Both the position numbers and the translations under genes were made by a program. This document shows positions 19,801 to 28,072 of a stretch of DNA of 64,000 nucleotides, piece after piece. The DNA comes from Saprospiraceae bacterium (GTDB lineage Bacteria > Bacteroidota > Bacteroidia > Chitinophagales > Saprospiraceae). Each line of letters starts with the position of its first letter. Positions within the stretch are counted from its first letter, which is position 1. The stretch lies in assembly GCA_046296435.1 (NCBI GenBank), contig JBKBLI010000002.1, positions 32,738 through 96,737 of the forward strand. Reading direction: 5' to 3'. The notes beneath the pieces were generated by a model. That model was not told the origin of the DNA. It did not search any database and was given only the letters and a program-made list of their open reading frames with translations.

Positions 19801-22800
19801 GCCCGAGGCCGCTAATCCTATCGCAGTGTTGTCATTCGTCCAGTCAAACACCGGATTACCGGCGCCAACGAAGTTCACCTCGACCGTTTCGCCGATGCAA
19901 GCCTGTTGCGAACCGGGGTTGTTGACGCTCACGCCGGGATTCACGGTGATCGCAAAAGATATCGGATCGCCGGCGCAGGGGCCAAGCGTCGGCGCAACCG
20001 CAATCTGCGCCATCTGCGGGTTTGCCCCAGTCATGGCCGTAAAATTGAGGTTGCCTGCGCCGGCGGCGGGCAGTCCGATGGCCGGATTGTCGTTCGTCCA
20101 CGAAAAAGTCGCCCCGGCCGTACCGTCGAAATTGACGCTGACCGTCTCGCCATTGCACACCGATAAGTCGCCGACCGGATTAACATCGGGCGTCGGATTG
20201 ACCGTCAGTTGAAACAGAATAGGCGCTCCCGGGCAACCATCCTGAGTGGGCGTCACGAGTATGGCGCCAGTCTCGGGGGCGCTTACGTCAGCCGCCGAAA
20301 ACGACAGATTGCCCGAGCCGCTGGCGGGAAGCCCGATGGCCGGGTTGCTGTTGGTCCAATCGTAAGTTTGCATACCTGGGCCGCTAAAGTTGATCGCGAC
20401 CGGCGTTCCGGCGCAAAAGGTCTGATCCGGCAGGGTGTCCATCTGCGGCAGCGGGCGCACCACGATGCTGAAGTTGAGGGTATCGCCCGTACAGCCGTTG
20501 AGCGTGGGGCTTACCGTCAGCAGGGCGGTGTCGGCGGCCGGCAGGTTGGGCGCCGTGAAGTTGATGTTGCCGCTGCCGGAGGCTGGCAGGCCGATGTTTA
20601 CATTGTTGTTCGTCCAATTAAAGGTCGCGCCGGCGGAGCCGTCAAAATCCAAATTCAGCGTCTGCTGGGCGCAAAGCGTTACATCAGCCGGCTGGTTCAT
20701 CACGGGCGTGGGGTTGATGGTCACAAAAAAAGAGACCTGAGGGCCGACGCAGTTGTTTTCGAAAGGCGTGACTGTGATGATCGAGGAGATCGTATTGCCC
20801 GATTGAGCGGCGACAAAACTGATATTACCCGAACCGGTGTTGGGCAGGCCAATCCCCGCATTGCTGTTTTGCCAGTTGAACGTCGGATTTGTGGGGCTGA
20901 CAAAATTGATCTCGACCAGGTCTCCGCCGCAGGCCACCTGCGGTCCCGGATTGCTCATGGTCGGAGCCGGGTTGAGCGTGATGGTAAAGGTACGCGAAGC
21001 GCCGGTGCAACCATTAAGGGAGGGCGTCACCACGATAGTAGCCGTCTGCTGCATGCCGTTGTTGACAGGCGTGAAGTTGATATTGCCCGTGCCCGAGGCC
21101 GGCAGGCCGATAGCGGGGTTGTTGTTCGTCCAGGAGTATGTAACCGGCCCGGGCGTAATGCTGTTGAAGTTGACCAAAACGGGCTGGCCGCTCAGGCACT
21201 GGGTCACGTTGCCCGGCTGGGTCATCAGCGGTGCAGGCGATACCGTGATGGCGAAGGTCTGTGCGGGGCCTACGCAGCCGTCTTCCGTAGCAATCACCGT
21301 GACCACGCTGGTTTGCACGCCCATCACGTTGGCGGCGGTGAAACTGATGTTGCCCATGCCCGAGGCTCCAAGCCCAATGGCCGTATTCGAATTCGTCCAG
21401 TTAAACGTAGGGTTGACGCCATTCGGACTGGTAAAGACGATCTCCAACAATTCGCCTGAGCAGATAAACGCATCTCCCGGCGGATCGATCTCCGGACCAG
21501 GATTGACCGTAATGGCGAACGTCATAGGTGCTCCCTCGCAACCGTTCAACTCGGGAGTCACCACAATGGTTCCTACTTCTTGCATGACGACTCCGGCGGT
21601 CACAAAACTGATGTTGCCCGTACCCGAAGCGCCCAGGCCGATGGCCGGGTTATCGTTTGTCCACGAAAAAGTCGCTCCGGGCGTGCCGCTGAAGTTGACT
21701 GCGACGTTTTGCCCGCCGCAGCGCGTCAAATTGGGCGCCTGATTGACCGTCGGCAGCGGCCGCACGGTGATCGTGAAGGTCTGCGAAGCCCCTACGCAAC
21801 CATCCTCCGTCGGCGTAACCACAATGGTTCCGGTGACGGATATCGGGACGTTAGCGCCCGTAAAGTTGATATCGCCGGCGCCCGAAGCGCCCAAGCCAAT
21901 GCCCGTGTTGGAGTTCGTCCAGTTGAACGTTGGATTGTTGGTCCCGTCAAATACTACAGTAAGGGTTTCGCCGGCGCAGATTTCCTGCGGGCCGGGATTC
22001 TGTACCGTGGGCCTGGGATTGACCGTGATCGTAAACGAAACCGGATCGCCGGGACATCCCGGCAGCGACGGCGTCACCGTGATCACACCTACCTCGGGCG
22101 CATTGCCGGCGTTGAGCGGCGTGAAGTTGATATTGCCCGTGCCAGAGGCGCCAAGACCAATGGCCGTATTGGAGTTGGTCCAGGCGTACATCGTGCCGGC
22201 CGGGCCTCCGGTGAAGGTCACCGCCGCATTGGGCGGGCCGGGACAAACGACCAGATCGGCGGGTTGATCGACGGTGGGCGCGGGCGTGATGGTCACCGTG
22301 AACTGCCGCTCGCTGCTACAGCCCTGAGGGCCAAGTTGGTCGAAGGCATACAGCGTAATCGTAGCCGTAATTTCGTCGCCAGGCTGATACTGGGTTCCGC
22401 CGCCGTTGGGCGCCGTGTAGTAAGCTGCATTGGGCGTGAGGTTAGTGCCGGGGATAGGGGGCAGGGTATAGGCTCCGCACTGAGTCACATTATTGATCGG
22501 GTCGATAGCGGGGGGCATGGGAGCGGGTGGCGAGGGCGGCGATACGCAGCCGGTATTGCCATAGGTATTCGTCAGCGGAAGATAATAGGCGCCATTGCCG
22601 CCCGTCAGCAATGCCCGGTCGTACGTAATGGTCTGGGTGCAGGCCCCGTTGATTTGAAAAACCGTCGTACGGAGGCCAGATCCGCCATTGGTAAAGGCCC
22701 CTGCCGTGCGCGGACAAGTGCTTGCAATCACATACACACACTGTCCCATGCCGCACAACGACCCAAAGTTGTAGGTGTTAGCCGTAGCGTTGGCGCTCGT

Positions 22801-23193
22801 TTGCAGCACCACAATGGCGTTGGCGGGAATATCCACTCCGGGACCTACCGCAATCAGGTTGGCGCAGCCGGAATACGCGTTAAGGTTGCCGGGCGCCAAC
22901 CCGCAGGGCGTAGGATCTCCCGGGTCATTGTCGTTGTTGATGTTGATATCGTTGTTCGTCGGGCCAAGGATGTTGTTATTCTGATCGTAATCCAACTGAA
23001 TATCGGCCGTATTGAATCCCCCACCCGACTGAATGATCACAAACTCGTTTAACTGCTCCGTAGCGCAGGCGTCCACCATCACGGCAACGACTTCGGGGCA
23101 TTGCGCATAGATTTTTTGTGTCCAAAAAAACAAAAGGAAAAATGCCGCTTGGTTGCGCAATGCGGCAAAGAGAAACGACTTGAAGCCACTCAT
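16822..23193 (-). CDS. Giant repeat-rich cell-surface adhesin with T9SS type-B (gliding-motility-associated, CHU_C-like) C-terminal domain
   Basis: The open frame extends to 23250 (2,142 aa). I prefer the ATG at 23193 (MSGFKSFLFAALRNQAAFFLLFFWTQKIYAQ, a signal peptide) because a -7 box overlaps the 23250 ATG. The body contains 10 PKD-like repeats, 11 GCDS-motif repeats and about 3 SprB-like repeats. The C-terminus (IFDRWGSQIY...WDGRYRGKKVNPGVYVYYVQI...GDITVIE) matches the type-B CTD pattern. Confidence 0.85.
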   Translation of the reverse strand: MSGFKSFLFAALRNQAAFFLLFFWTQKIYAQCPEVVAVMVDACATEQLNEFVIIQSGGGFNTADIQLDYDQNNNILGPTNNDININNDNDPGDPTPCGLAPGNLNAYSGCANLIAVGPGVDIPANAIVVLQTSANATANTYNFGSLCGMGQCVYVIASTCPRTAGAFTNGGSGLRTTVFQINGACTQTITYDRALLTGGNGAYYLPLTNTYGNTGCVSPPSPPAPMPPAIDPINNVTQCGAYTLPPIPGTNLTPNAAYYTAPNGGGTQYQPGDEITATITLYAFDQLGPQGCSSERQFTVTITPAPTVDQPADLVVCPGPPNAAVTFTGGPAGTMYAWTNSNTAIGLGASGTGNINFTPLNAGNAPEVGVITVTPSLPGCPGDPVSFTITVNPRPTVQNPGPQEICAGETLTVVFDGTNNPTFNWTNSNTGIGLGASGAGDINFTGANVPISVTGTIVVTPTEDGCVGASQTFTITVRPLPTVNQAPNLTRCGGQNVAVNFSGTPGATFSWTNDNPAIGLGASGTGNISFVTAGVVMQEVGTIVVTPELNGCEGAPMTFAITVNPGPEIDPPGDAFICSGELLEIVFTSPNGVNPTFNWTNSNTAIGLGASGMGNISFTAANVMGVQTSVVTVIATEDGCVGPAQTFAITVSPAPLMTQPGNVTQCLSGQPVLVNFNSITPGPVTYSWTNNNPAIGLPASGTGNINFTPVNNGMQQTATIVVTPSLNGCTGASRTFTITLNPAPTMSNPGPQVACGGDLVEINFVSPTNPTFNWQNSNAGIGLPNTGSGNISFVAAQSGNTISSIITVTPFENNCVGPQVSFFVTINPTPVMNQPADVTLCAQQTLNLDFDGSAGATFNWTNNNVNIGLPASGSGNINFTAPNLPAADTALLTVSPTLNGCTGDTLNFSIVVRPLPQMDTLPDQTFCAGTPVAINFSGPGMQTYDWTNSNPAIGLPASGSGNLSFSAADVSAPETGAILVTPTQDGCPGAPILFQLTVNPTPDVNPVGDLSVCNGETVSVNFDGTAGATFSWTNDNPAIGLPAAGAGNLNFTAMTGANPQMAQIAVAPTLGPCAGDPISFAITVNPGVSVNNPGSQQACIGETVEVNFVGAGNPVFDWTNDNTAIGLAASGTGDISFVAAAAGIANLTVTPVGPGCAGAAQTFAIEITDRFTAQISGPTAICEGESALLMASGGPVFQWSTGESTADIAVSPAVTTNYSVIVSKANGACADTASVTIAVNQPDVVFLNAGSCSPADTGLFTVSLSNQFGCDSIVITQVDLLPSFEISILATSCDPAAAGVFVQNLQTVSGCDSIITTTVFFDPAAVDTTLLSAGSCDPAQVGVSQVLLSNVAGCDSLVITNTVLLPSYNETITTFSCNPAALGVFVQNLQTIAGCDSIVTTIVEYTSVGTDSTLLSAGSCDPAQVGVTQTLLTNAAGCDSLVILNTVLLPSYNLSLTATTCFAAQAGTFVQNLQTAAGCDSIVTTVVVFDASLLDTTLLTLNTCDPSQAGITQTLLTNALGCDSLVIATTVLQPSYNLSVNEITCIPTQAGTFVQNLQTAAGCDSVVTRIVTFDPSLLDTVYLDAVTCNPAQAGVTQTLLTNSLGCDSLVVTNTVLLPSYQQTQTAFTCDPAQAGVVTLNLQTTAGCDSIITINTLLNPSYATTVNQTTCDPSQVGSFVQTLQTVNGCDSIITTVVSLDLPACAPTGVLSVSAPLCSGTATGVLNVTVQNGQSPPFSFVWSGPSGSGIGQVANVGGSESVSGLLAGVYGVTLTDANGLSVTLSANIPAKQPITLSVNPVNVFNGFGLRCANSQDGAIGVVVSGATLPISYLWNNGADTSTLSGVSAGSYSLTVTDANGCTALGSATLTAPPPIKLSVTLDRPDCGDLSVDANISASGGVGPLRVLLDGNLITSLMPDLAPGQHTISVVDANDCNVDSTFVATVPPIPVLFLPADTAVVFGSALTLAAVSNLDTWSALTWSPLQDSTCANCLTQTWRPTQSGRITLTLTDSLGCTATASTLVRVERPKQVYLPNIISLSASNGNEYWSIGAGPGVARIDDVRIFDRWGSQIYQLEASQEPNFWIGWDGRYRGKKVNPGVYVYYVQITMIDGEAQIYKGDITVIE
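18091..19467 (-). repeat. Eleven GCDS-motif repeats with alternating 41/43-aa spacing (about five 84-aa double repeats) inside the adhesin gene
   Basis: GCDS occurs at aa 1288, 1329, 1372, 1413, 1456, 1497, 1540, 1581, 1624, 1665 and 1706. Two alternating subtypes are visible: ...FVQNLQTxxGCDSIxTT... and ...CDPAQxGVxQxLLxNxxGCDSLVIxNTVLLPSY... Boundaries are approximate. Confidence 0.8.
19690..22287 (-). repeat. Ten tandem ~86-aa PKD-like repeats inside the adhesin gene
   Basis: The motif [FY]xW[TQ]NxNxxIGLxxxGxGxIxF recurs with its Trp at aa 357, 444, 530, 618, 707, 793, 879, 965, 1051 and 1137. Numbering is from the 23250 start. Boundaries are approximate. Confidence 0.8.
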
Positions 23194-23251
23194 AAGCAGG
23201 GTTGTCGCGTTTGGTGAAATCGTCTGATGAGGTTTGTTGCAAAAAAACATG

Positions 23252-23259
23252 CAAATCTA
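23252..23259 (-). promoter_or_regulatory. Putative -7 box (TAnnTTTG) for the adhesin gene
   Basis: TAGATTTG on the minus strand ends 1 nt before the 23250 ATG. It lies 58 nt upstream of the 23193 ATG. This argues that 23193 is the true start. Confidence 0.4.
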
Positions 23260-23429
23260 CGCCGACAAGGCAATACCAGACAGAGAATGGCATGTTAAAT
23301 AATTATTTTTTTGTCGTCATGACGCTTTTTGAGCAAGATGAAAAATGCGCGCGGGCGGCGGCGGCGCATATCGCGCCCACTTCCCGCTCCCGCTCCTTTT
23401 TTTAGAAAAACCATATCCGAAAAACTCTC

Positions 23430-23437
23430 TACTTTTG
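23430..23437 (+). promoter_or_regulatory. Putative -7 box (TAnnTTTG) for ppa
   Basis: TACTTTTG lies 93 nt upstream of the ppa ATG. The leader between them is highly structured. Confidence 0.35.
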
Positions 23438-23530
23438 CAGAAACTTCGGATGCAGGCAACCGCGCAAGGCCGTCTCGCAAGGACGGGATTGCGCGGTCGG
23501 ACAAACCGACCCAACGACAACACCAACAAC

Positions 23531-24073
23531 ATGACCACAAATTTCAATCCCTGGCGCCATGTTTCGCCGGGCCTCAACATACCCGAAACGGTAAACGGCA
23601 TCATCGAAATCCCCAAAGGGACCCGAGCCAAATACGAACTGGACAAAGAAAGCGGACTACTCAAACTGGACAGGGTGCTGTACAGTTCTGTCTACTATCC
23701 GGCCAACTATGGATTCATACCGCAGAGCTATTGCGAGGATGGCGATCCTCTGGATATTCTGATTTTGTCGCAAATTGACGTTGTGCCGCTGTGTATCGTT
23801 TCGGCGCGGGTAATCGGCGTCATGCGCATGCTCGACAACGGCGACGCCGACGACAAGATTATCGCCGTGGCGGAGGGCGACCCTGCCGTCAACCACATCC
23901 GCGACATTGCCGAGTTACCCCGGCATTTCATCTCCGAATTGCGCAATTTCTTTGAAGATTACAAAAAATTGGAGCAAAAAACCGTCGTCGTCGAAGAGTT
24001 CTTTGACCGCGAGACGGCCATGCAGATCCTGCTGGATAGCTTCCAAATGTACAGAGAGCACTTTGGCAAATGA
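23531..24073 (+). CDS. ppa: Inorganic pyrophosphatase (family I)
   Basis: I trimmed the start to the ATG at 23531 ([10 protein letters not shown]...). It shows strong family I PPase similarity ([55 protein letters not shown]). Confidence 0.9.
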   Translation: MTTNFNPWRHVSPGLNIPETVNGIIEIPKGTRAKYELDKESGLLKLDRVLYSSVYYPANYGFIPQSYCEDGDPLDILILSQIDVVPLCIVSARVIGVMRMLDNGDADDKIIAVAEGDPAVNHIRDIAELPRHFISELRNFFEDYKKLEQKTVVVEEFFDRETAMQILLDSFQMYREHFGK

Positions 24074-24145
24074 GGCCCGCGCCTCAGGCCCACACCCCGC
24101 CCGCTCGCCCACGCCCTTATGCCGCGCTGAGCGCCACAATAACAC

Positions 24146-24559
24146 ATGTCACACTGGTTAGTCAAATCCGAACCTTACGTCTATAGCTTCGACGATCTGA
24201 TGCGCGACGGGAAAACGCGCTGGGATGGCGTCCGCAATTATCAGGCCCGCAACAACCTGCGCGCCATGCGCCATGGCGACCGCTGTCTGTACTACCACAG
24301 CAACGAAGGTCTCGAAGTCGTAGGCGTAGCCGAAGTAGTGGGCGAATACTACCCGGATCCCACAGCCGAAAGCGGCAATTGGTCGGCTGTCGATCTCGGT
24401 CCTGTGGCGCGCCTCAAGCAGCCCATATCCCTTTCACAGATCAAGAGCGATCCAGCCCTTCAACAAGTTGGTCTGGTACGCAACCCCCGGCTGTCGGTCA
24501 TGCCGCTCACCGAGCAAGAGTTCGAGCGCATCGTCGCGCTCGGCGGAGGGATGATCTGA
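24146..24559 (+). CDS. EVE (PUA-like) domain protein
   Basis: It is 137 aa. The sequence WLVKSEPYVYSFDDLMRDGKTRWDGVRNYQARNNLRAMRHGDRCLYYHS is typical of the EVE/DUF55 family. Confidence 0.8.
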   Translation: MSHWLVKSEPYVYSFDDLMRDGKTRWDGVRNYQARNNLRAMRHGDRCLYYHSNEGLEVVGVAEVVGEYYPDPTAESGNWSAVDLGPVARLKQPISLSQIKSDPALQQVGLVRNPRLSVMPLTEQEFERIVALGGGMI

Positions 24560-24821
24560 GCGCACTATATTCTTACATGAAAGCCATACGCCCCCATTCC
24601 GACGCCGGGCCGCCGCTTGCCGGCGCAGGTGAACGGCGTACTGAGCGGGATGCCCTTGCAAGCCGCTATTTTTTTTGAAAAAAAAACGAGACGCCCCGCA
24701 AGCGCGCGAGACAAGCTGCGGCAGATAAGCGCAAAAAACCGAACACACCGACAAAAGCGCCGCTAAATACCGTTTTGCGCCTTTTTCTTTCGATAGCGGC
24801 CGCAAGTGCGAAAAACGGCAT

Positions 24822-24829
24822 TATATTTG
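24822..24829 (+). promoter_or_regulatory. Putative -7 box (TAnnTTTG)
   Basis: TATATTTG lies 29 nt upstream of the ATG at 24859. Confidence 0.45.
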
Positions 24830-24858
24830 CACATATTTTTTTTCCAAAAACGATTGAT

Positions 24859-26544
24859 ATGCAAAACAGAACGCTGATTTTGGCGTTTGCCGCCTTCTTT
24901 TGCGCATGCGGCATTGCGCGCGCCCAACCGGTCGGATGGATTACCCCCTGCAGCGATACGACTTTTTGCCTCAATTTCAACAGTTGTCAGGAAGCCAACG
25001 TACTGCTCACCGAAAGGGCATACACCAATTGCCAGAACGGAACCAATATGTCCTACCTTTACCGCGTGGACCTGTTCAACAACGGCGGCATCGACCTGCA
25101 GGCTCCCAAAGATACCTTCTCGGCCAAACTGCCCCCCGGCACGCACAAAATCATCTGGCGCGCCAATGACAACTGTGGGGCGGTCGTCCAATGCAGCTAC
25201 CTCATCACGGTCAAGGATTGCCAGCCCCCCCATCTGGTCTGCATCAATGGCATCACACGCAACCTGGACGAGGTCAATTGCAACGCCAAGGTCTGGTCCT
25301 CACAATTTGTGCTCAACTTATCGGACAACTGTATAGCGCCCAGTCAGATCCAAATCGGCATGCGCAAAAAAGGCGAAGGCAGCGGTTTCCCCGATCAGGA
25401 TACCGTGCATTATGAACTCTGCGATCAGGGTTTCAACCTCATCGAAGTCTGGGCCAAAGACAACAACGGACTGACCACTTCTTGCAACGGCTACGTGCTG
25501 GTGCAAAAGTCCGGATCCGAATGCGAATGCAAGACCAGCGCCAACCTTAGCTTGTCAGGTTGCGTCAAAAGCCCCTCAGGCAGCCCGATCACCCCTTACC
25601 GCAGCGCAGTCCGGGTGCAATCGGTCGCGGGGGTCAACACGCCATACGCTCACCAGGCCACCCAAAATCAAAACGCGCCGTGCTTTGAAATGCAAGTCAA
25701 GAACATGCCCCTCGGCGGCACATATCAAGCCTATCTGAATATCGAAAAATACGGACCGATCATCGAAGGCGTCACAACTTTTGATCTGGTGACGATCAAC
25801 AAACACATTCTGGGCCAACAGCCCCTTACCAACGTCTATCAAGCCTTGGCCGCCGATGCCAACAGCAGCGGAACCATCACCACCTTCGATATCGTCGAGA
25901 TCCGAAAAGCCATACTGGGCATCAGCGACACTTTTGCCAACGCTCCCTCCTGGAGGTTCGTGCATCCCATAGCGGATACCAGCGACTTGCTCGGATTCAA
26001 AAACGCCATCGACACCTCTGAAGTTAGTTTCACGCTCGACGACGACCTCAGCCTTAGCGGCTTCGAATGGGTCGGCGTGAAAATCGGCGACGTGAATATG
26101 AGCGCCTTCAGCGCTCCCGACGATGCCGCCGACGACGGATCCGGATACCTACCCATCCCCCTACCCGACCGCTTGCTACAGCCCGGCGAAATCCTCGACC
26201 TGCCCTTGCCCCTACCCCGCGACCCCGCGCCCGACGGATGGCAGTGGGCCATCGAACTCGCGCCTGAGTCTCTTACCCTGCTCGCCTCGAATATCGATCC
26301 CGATTGTAGCCGATACGACCTGCACACCGGCGTCTTGCGGGCTTTGCATTATGAGAGCGCCCCCCTGGAGCCGCTTATCCGCATTCAGGCGCGGCAACCG
26401 ATCCGCCTGAGCGAAGCCATCCGTCTTCGGCCCGACCTATTGGCTCCGGAGATCTATTTTTCAGGAAAAAAATGGGGCATGGGGCTGGAGTTCAGGGATA
26501 CGGACGGCGGGCGCGGCGCGGCGATTACTTTTTTTCCGGAATGA
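24859..26544 (+). CDS. Secreted protein with HYR-like and dockerin-like segments
   Basis: I trimmed the start to the ATG at 24859 (MQNRTLILAFAAFFCACGIARAQ, a signal). GTHKIIWRANDNCGAVVQCSYLITVKDCQPP resembles an HYR domain. ADANSSGTITTFDIVEIRKAILG resembles a dockerin repeat. No clear T9SS CTD is present. Confidence 0.6.
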   Translation: MQNRTLILAFAAFFCACGIARAQPVGWITPCSDTTFCLNFNSCQEANVLLTERAYTNCQNGTNMSYLYRVDLFNNGGIDLQAPKDTFSAKLPPGTHKIIWRANDNCGAVVQCSYLITVKDCQPPHLVCINGITRNLDEVNCNAKVWSSQFVLNLSDNCIAPSQIQIGMRKKGEGSGFPDQDTVHYELCDQGFNLIEVWAKDNNGLTTSCNGYVLVQKSGSECECKTSANLSLSGCVKSPSGSPITPYRSAVRVQSVAGVNTPYAHQATQNQNAPCFEMQVKNMPLGGTYQAYLNIEKYGPIIEGVTTFDLVTINKHILGQQPLTNVYQALAADANSSGTITTFDIVEIRKAILGISDTFANAPSWRFVHPIADTSDLLGFKNAIDTSEVSFTLDDDLSLSGFEWVGVKIGDVNMSAFSAPDDAADDGSGYLPIPLPDRLLQPGEILDLPLPLPRDPAPDGWQWAIELAPESLTLLASNIDPDCSRYDLHTGVLRALHYESAPLEPLIRIQARQPIRLSEAIRLRPDLLAPEIYFSGKKWGMGLEFRDTDGGRGAAITFFPE

Positions 26545-27739
26545 GCTTCGTACCGACCAAGGCGTCCGGCAGATACTGCTGCGACACCCGCGCGTCGGGA
26601 TAGTCGTGGGGATACAGGTAGCCGGCGCCGTAGTTCAGGTCGCGCATCAACTGCGTCGGCGCGTTGCGCAAATGCAGCGGAACAGACAATGCCCCCGTGC
26701 TCCGCACCAGGGCGAGCGCCGCGTTGATGGCCGCGTAAGCCGCGTTGCTCTTGGCCGAACGGGCCAGATAAATCGCGCACTCGGCGAGCGGGATGCGAGC
26801 CTCAGGCATGCCAATCTGTTGACAGGCTTGAAAGGTGGCATTGGCCAGAAGCAGGGCGTTGGGATTGGCCAGGCCGATGTCTTCGGCAGCCAGAATGGTC
26901 ATGCGCCGCGCGATGAACAGGATGTCCTCGCCCGCATCAAGCATACGGGCCAACCAATAGATTGCAGCATCTGCGTCGCTCCCTCTGACGCTCTTGATAA
27001 ACGCCGAAATCACGTCGTAATGCTGCTCCCCGTTTTTGTCGTACAGGGCCATATTTTGCTGGATCGCCTGGCGGGTCATGGCGTTGTCGATACGCAGCGG
27101 CTTGCCCGGTTCGCGCAGGTTGTATAGCAGTTCAAGGGCGTTGAGCAAGCGGCGGGCGTCGCCGCCGGAGTAGAGTAGCAGCGCCTCCTCCTCCGCGATT
27201 TCGATATCTTCAAGCCGGAGCAGCGGATCCTCGCGCAGGGCTTTGCGCAGCAGACTCGACAACTCCTCTCGCCCCAGATGCTGCAACACATACACCTGAC
27301 ACCGCGACAACAAAGCGGGGATGACCTCAAACGACGGGTTCTCCGTCGTGGCGCCGATCAGCGTGATCACGCCCTTCTCTACGGCGCCCAACAGCGCGTC
27401 CTGCTGATTTTTGGAAAAGCGATGAATCTCGTCAATGAACAGCACCGCGCCGCCCCGCGCAAAAAGGGTCTGCTTCTCGGCGCTTTCGATAGCATCGCGC
27501 ACATCCTTGACGCCCGCATGCACCGCCGACAACTGGATAAACGCCTTGCCCGCCTTGCCCGCCGCCAGACGCGCCAGCGTGGTCTTGCCCACTCCCGGCG
27601 GACCCCACAACACAAACGACGGCAATCGGCCCGACTCGATGGCGCGCCGCAGCGGCGCTTCCGGGCCTATGAGGTGCGACTGCCCGATGTAGTCGTCAAA
27701 ATCCTTCGGGCGCATGCGCTCGGCAAGCGGCGTATTCAT
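26525..27739 (-). CDS. rarA: Replication-associated recombination protein A (AAA+ ATPase)
   Basis: I trimmed the start to the ATG at 27739 (MNTPLAERMRPKDFDDYIGQSHL). Walker A (GPPGVGKTT), Walker B (LFIDEIHRF) and a MgsA C-terminal domain are present. Confidence 0.9.
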   Translation of the reverse strand: MNTPLAERMRPKDFDDYIGQSHLIGPEAPLRRAIESGRLPSFVLWGPPGVGKTTLARLAAGKAGKAFIQLSAVHAGVKDVRDAIESAEKQTLFARGGAVLFIDEIHRFSKNQQDALLGAVEKGVITLIGATTENPSFEVIPALLSRCQVYVLQHLGREELSSLLRKALREDPLLRLEDIEIAEEEALLLYSGGDARRLLNALELLYNLREPGKPLRIDNAMTRQAIQQNMALYDKNGEQHYDVISAFIKSVRGSDADAAIYWLARMLDAGEDILFIARRMTILAAEDIGLANPNALLLANATFQACQQIGMPEARIPLAECAIYLARSAKSNAAYAAINAALALVRSTGALSVPLHLRNAPTQLMRDLNYGAGYLYPHDYPDARVSQQYLPDALVGTKLIPEKK

Positions 27740-27760
27740 GATGCAGTCATTTTTTAGCGG

Positions 27761-27768
27761 CAAAAATA
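27761..27768 (-). promoter_or_regulatory. Putative -7 box (TAnnTTTG) for rarA
   Basis: TATTTTTG on the minus strand lies 21 nt upstream of the rarA ATG. Confidence 0.45.
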
Positions 27769-27879
27769 CGCGGATATGACGGCAAGTTCCAGACTCAGAT
27801 AGCTTCAACCCCCAAAAGCACGCGCCGCGTTAAAAAAAGGCTAAGTTTTCAAAGTCTGCACCCGCATCACAATTTTTTG

Positions 27880-27887
27880 TACCTTTG
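27880..27887 (+). promoter_or_regulatory. Putative -7 box (TAnnTTTG) with no nearby start codon
   Basis: TACCTTTG lies 185 nt upstream of the next plus-strand ATG (28073). A terminator-like hairpin follows at 27924-27972. Confidence 0.3.
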
Positions 27888-27923
27888 CGCCGAATTATTG
27901 AATTTTTATCCGAAAAATGCCTG

Positions 27924-27972
27924 GTATTGCAAATATTTTCAAGCGCAGGCGTGTTTTTGCATACTTTTTTTT
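27924..27972 (+). terminator. Terminator- or attenuator-like hairpin followed by T8
   Basis: GTAT(T)GCAAA pairs with TTTGCATAC, giving 9 bp with one bulge. A run of TTTTTTTT (27965-27972) follows immediately. Confidence 0.35.
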
Positions 27973-28072
27973 ATGACCACTGAAATGACGGCAGAAGCCT
28001 TCTGATCGGTCGTCAAGCAGGCGCGCGCATCAGAAAACAAGGAATAAAAAACGAAATTAAACCATCGCACAT

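Noticed and set aside
20209-23052. Plus-strand ORFs of 416, 301, 490 and 174 aa inside the adhesin locus.
   Set aside because: They are shadows of the repetitive minus-strand adhesin gene. They inherit its periodicity but encode Arg/Gly-rich nonsense. They have no independent start context or promoter box.
26525-26544. A 20-nt overlap of the convergent 3' ends of the HYR/dockerin-like gene and rarA.
   Set aside because: Short convergent overlaps are common in compact genomes and need no special explanation. It only implies there is no shared terminator hairpin between the two genes.
24146-27739. The EVE-domain protein and the AAA+ RarA as parts of a modified-base-sensing defence locus.
   Set aside because: The EVE protein is a stand-alone 137-aa form with no fused nuclease. 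RarA is the conserved housekeeping replication-fork protein. The two are separated by an unrelated secreted protein gene and sit on different strands.
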